Positions 59,347 through 61,259 of a stretch of 61,259 nt of DNA are shown piece by piece. Below the pieces are notes generated by a model. It had not been told where the DNA came from. It searched no databases and saw nothing but the letters and a program-made list of their open reading frames with translations. This stretch comes from a candidate division WOR-3 bacterium (GTDB lineage: Bacteria; Hydrothermota; Tepidihabitantia; Tepidihabitantales; Tepidihabitantaceae): positions 1-61,259 of the forward strand of contig CBFGJX010000017.1 in the NCBI GenBank assembly GCA_965649225.1, given 5' to 3'. The translations under genes were made by a program, and so were the position numbers. Every line of letters begins with the position of its first letter. Positions within the stretch are counted from its first letter, which is position 1.

Positions 59347-60420
59347 TTGTTCAACGAAGCCTACGTTGACCTCTACGCGGTGCCGCGGATGAATCAGACC
59401 CGCCTGAAGCACCTGCTCGCTCATTTCGGCGCACCGGAGGCGGTGCTGGCGGCCGGCTATCCGGCATTGTGCCAGTGTCCGGGTATTGACGAGGAACTGG
59501 CCCGGGCGGTGGCCGGTTACCGGCGCAGCTCTGCGACCGCAGCACGGATCAGCCGGGCCCGGGAGCTGGGAACCGCGACGCTGGGTTTTCTGGATACCGA
59601 TTATCCCGCCAATCTGAAGCAACTGGCGCATATGCCGCCGGTGCTGTTTGTGCGCGGAACGGTGACCGAGGCGGACCGGCTGGCAGTGGCAGTGGTCGGT
59701 ACGCGCCGTGCCACTCACTACGGCCGCCGGGTGGCGGAGCAGTTTGCGGCTGCCCTGGCCCGGGCCGGCGTGACCGTTGTCAGCGGTCTGGCCCGCGGCG
59801 TGGATACTGTCGCTCACCAGGCGGCACTTGCTGCCGGCGGCCGGACGATTGCAGTGCTGGGTTGTGGCATCGATGTCTGCTATCCGCCCGAAAACCGGCG
59901 GCTTTTTGAGGAAATTACCGGTCAGGGCGCGGTGTTGAGCGAGTTTCCGCCCGGAACCGAGCCGCTGGCGATGAATTTCCCCAAACGCAACCGGGTCGTT
60001 TCCGGACTGGCGCGGGCGGTGGTGGCGGTTGAGGCCGGCGAACGGTCGGGAGTGCTGAATACGGCGGCCTGGGCCGCCGACCAGGGTCGCGATGTCTATG
60101 TCGTGCCGGGGCCGGTGACCTCGCCGGCGAGTCTTGGCACCAACCGGCTGCTTTTGACCGGTGCGCGGCCGGCGATTGGTCCGAAAGACATTCTCCGTGA
60201 CCTCGGAGTGGCGCTGGAACTCGAGCAGCGGGCAGCGGTTGATATCAGCGCCGAGGAGGCGGTGGTCCTGGCGGCGCTGTCGGCCGAGCCACAGCACGTT
60301 GACGAACTCTGTGAGGCGCTGGGACTGCCGATGGCGGCACTGCTGGCGGTACTGATGCAGCTGGAGCTGAAGGGAGCAGTGCGTCAGTTGCCGGGCAAGT
60401 TTTTTGTCCGGGCCGGCTAG
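59347..60420 (+). CDS. dprA: DNA-processing protein DprA/Smf
   Basis: PPVLFVRG, AVVGTR, VSGLARGVD, FPKRNR, C-terminal winged helix. Confidence 0.93.
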   Translation: MFNEAYVDLYAVPRMNQTRLKHLLAHFGAPEAVLAAGYPALCQCPGIDEELARAVAGYRRSSATAARISRARELGTATLGFLDTDYPANLKQLAHMPPVLFVRGTVTEADRLAVAVVGTRRATHYGRRVAEQFAAALARAGVTVVSGLARGVDTVAHQAALAAGGRTIAVLGCGIDVCYPPENRRLFEEITGQGAVLSEFPPGTEPLAMNFPKRNRVVSGLARAVVAVEAGERSGVLNTAAWAADQGRDVYVVPGPVTSPASLGTNRLLLTGARPAIGPKDILRDLGVALELEQRAAVDISAEEAVVLAALSAEPQHVDELCEALGLPMAALLAVLMQLELKGAVRQLPGKFFVRAG

Positions 60421-61259
60421 CGGCCAGGTGCCGGTGGGACAAAATCGATGGCGATGTCGGCTGCCGGGGCCGAGTGGGTGATGGCGCCGACCGAGATGAA
60501 GTCGACGCCGGTCCGGGCTACCGCGGCAACGTTTTTCAGATTGATGCCGCCGGAGGCTTCGAGCCGGGCGCGGTGATTTACCAGCCGCACCGAGCGGCGC
60601 AGCTGGGCAATGGTCATGTTGTCGAGGAGGATGCGCCGCGCTCCGGCCGCCAGTGCTTCGCGGACTTCAGCCGGCGTGCGGCATTCAACCTCAACTTCCA
60701 GCCGGGTCCGGCAGCGTGCCAGGGCAGCGGTAATCGAGCCGGCGGCGGCAATATGGTTGTCCTTGACCAGCACCATGTCGTAAAGCCCGAAGCGGTGGTT
60801 TGACCCGCCGCCGCAGCGGACGGCGTATTTTGCCAGCCGGCGCCAGCCGGGGATAGTCTTGCGGGTATCCAGAATCCGACAGCGCGTGCCCTTGATTGCG
60901 GCAACAAAACGGGCGGTGTGGGTGGCAATCCCGGACAGATGCTGAACGAAGTTGAGCCCGGTGCGTTCGGCCGCGAGCAGCGCGCGGGCCGGACCGGTGA
61001 TCCGTGCCAGCACCGTGCCGGGCGCAAACCGGTCGCCGTCACGACAGCAGGCGGTGAAGCGGACCCGGCGGTCGACGGCCCGGAATACTGCGGCACAAAT
61101 GGTGATTCCACACAGGATGCCTTCGGAGCGGGCAACCATCACGGCTGCCGCCCGGGTGCGAGCCGGAACGGTCAGCAGTGAGGTGATGTCACCGCTGCCG
61201 ATGTCTTCCCGGAGCGCGGTTCGGACCAGCGAGTCGAGCTGCCGGCGGGAAAGAGGAAA
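60417..61259 (-). CDS. nadC: Quinolinate phosphoribosyltransferase (5' end runs to window edge)
   Basis: ALREDIGSGDIT upstream in frame, ERTGLN, DTRKT, HRFGL.D..LVKDNH, LLDNM, EASGG. Confidence 0.95.
   Translation of the reverse strand, partial: FPLSRRQLDSLVRTALREDIGSGDITSLLTVPARTRAAAVMVARSEGILCGITICAAVFRAVDRRVRFTACCRDGDRFAPGTVLARITGPARALLAAERTGLNFVQHLSGIATHTARFVAAIKGTRCRILDTRKTIPGWRRLAKYAVRCGGGSNHRFGLYDMVLVKDNHIAAAGSITAALARCRTRLEVEVECRTPAEVREALAAGARRILLDNMTIAQLRRSVRLVNHRARLEASGGINLKNVAAVARTGVDFISVGAITHSAPAADIAIDFVPPAPGR

Overview
GC-rich bacterial chromosomal segment with about 50 protein genes. No rRNA, tRNA, CRISPR array, integrase or transposase was recognised. Housekeeping genes (galE, queD, accD, rsmD, coaD, obgE, dprA, nadC, uvsE) are interspersed with about ten large signal-peptide proteins that end in a FlgD-Ig/T9SS-CTD-like tail, plus a PorU-like C25 peptidase. 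This inventory resembles FCB-related candidate phyla such as WOR-3 (inference). Highlights: (1) a secreted Asp-box beta-propeller gene (47997-45781) interrupted by one in-frame UGA that sits in the loop of a 19-bp imperfect hairpin, a candidate recoded or selenoprotein gene; (2) an orphan cGAS/DncV-like nucleotidyltransferase flanked by Cys-rich/zinc-finger genes rather than canonical CBASS effectors; (3) a putative light/UV-response cluster (PlsY-like and GT2 enzymes, HTH-less CarH-type B12 protein, exporter, DUF523-DUF1722, UvsE); (4) a sigma-54 two-component locus with -24/-12, IHF and UAS elements; (5) a G10 tract that frameshifts a surface-protein signal peptide; (6) a candidate ~165-nt sRNA, small upstream ORFs and pervasive leaderless promoters. 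All calls come from reading motifs by eye; no database searches were run.
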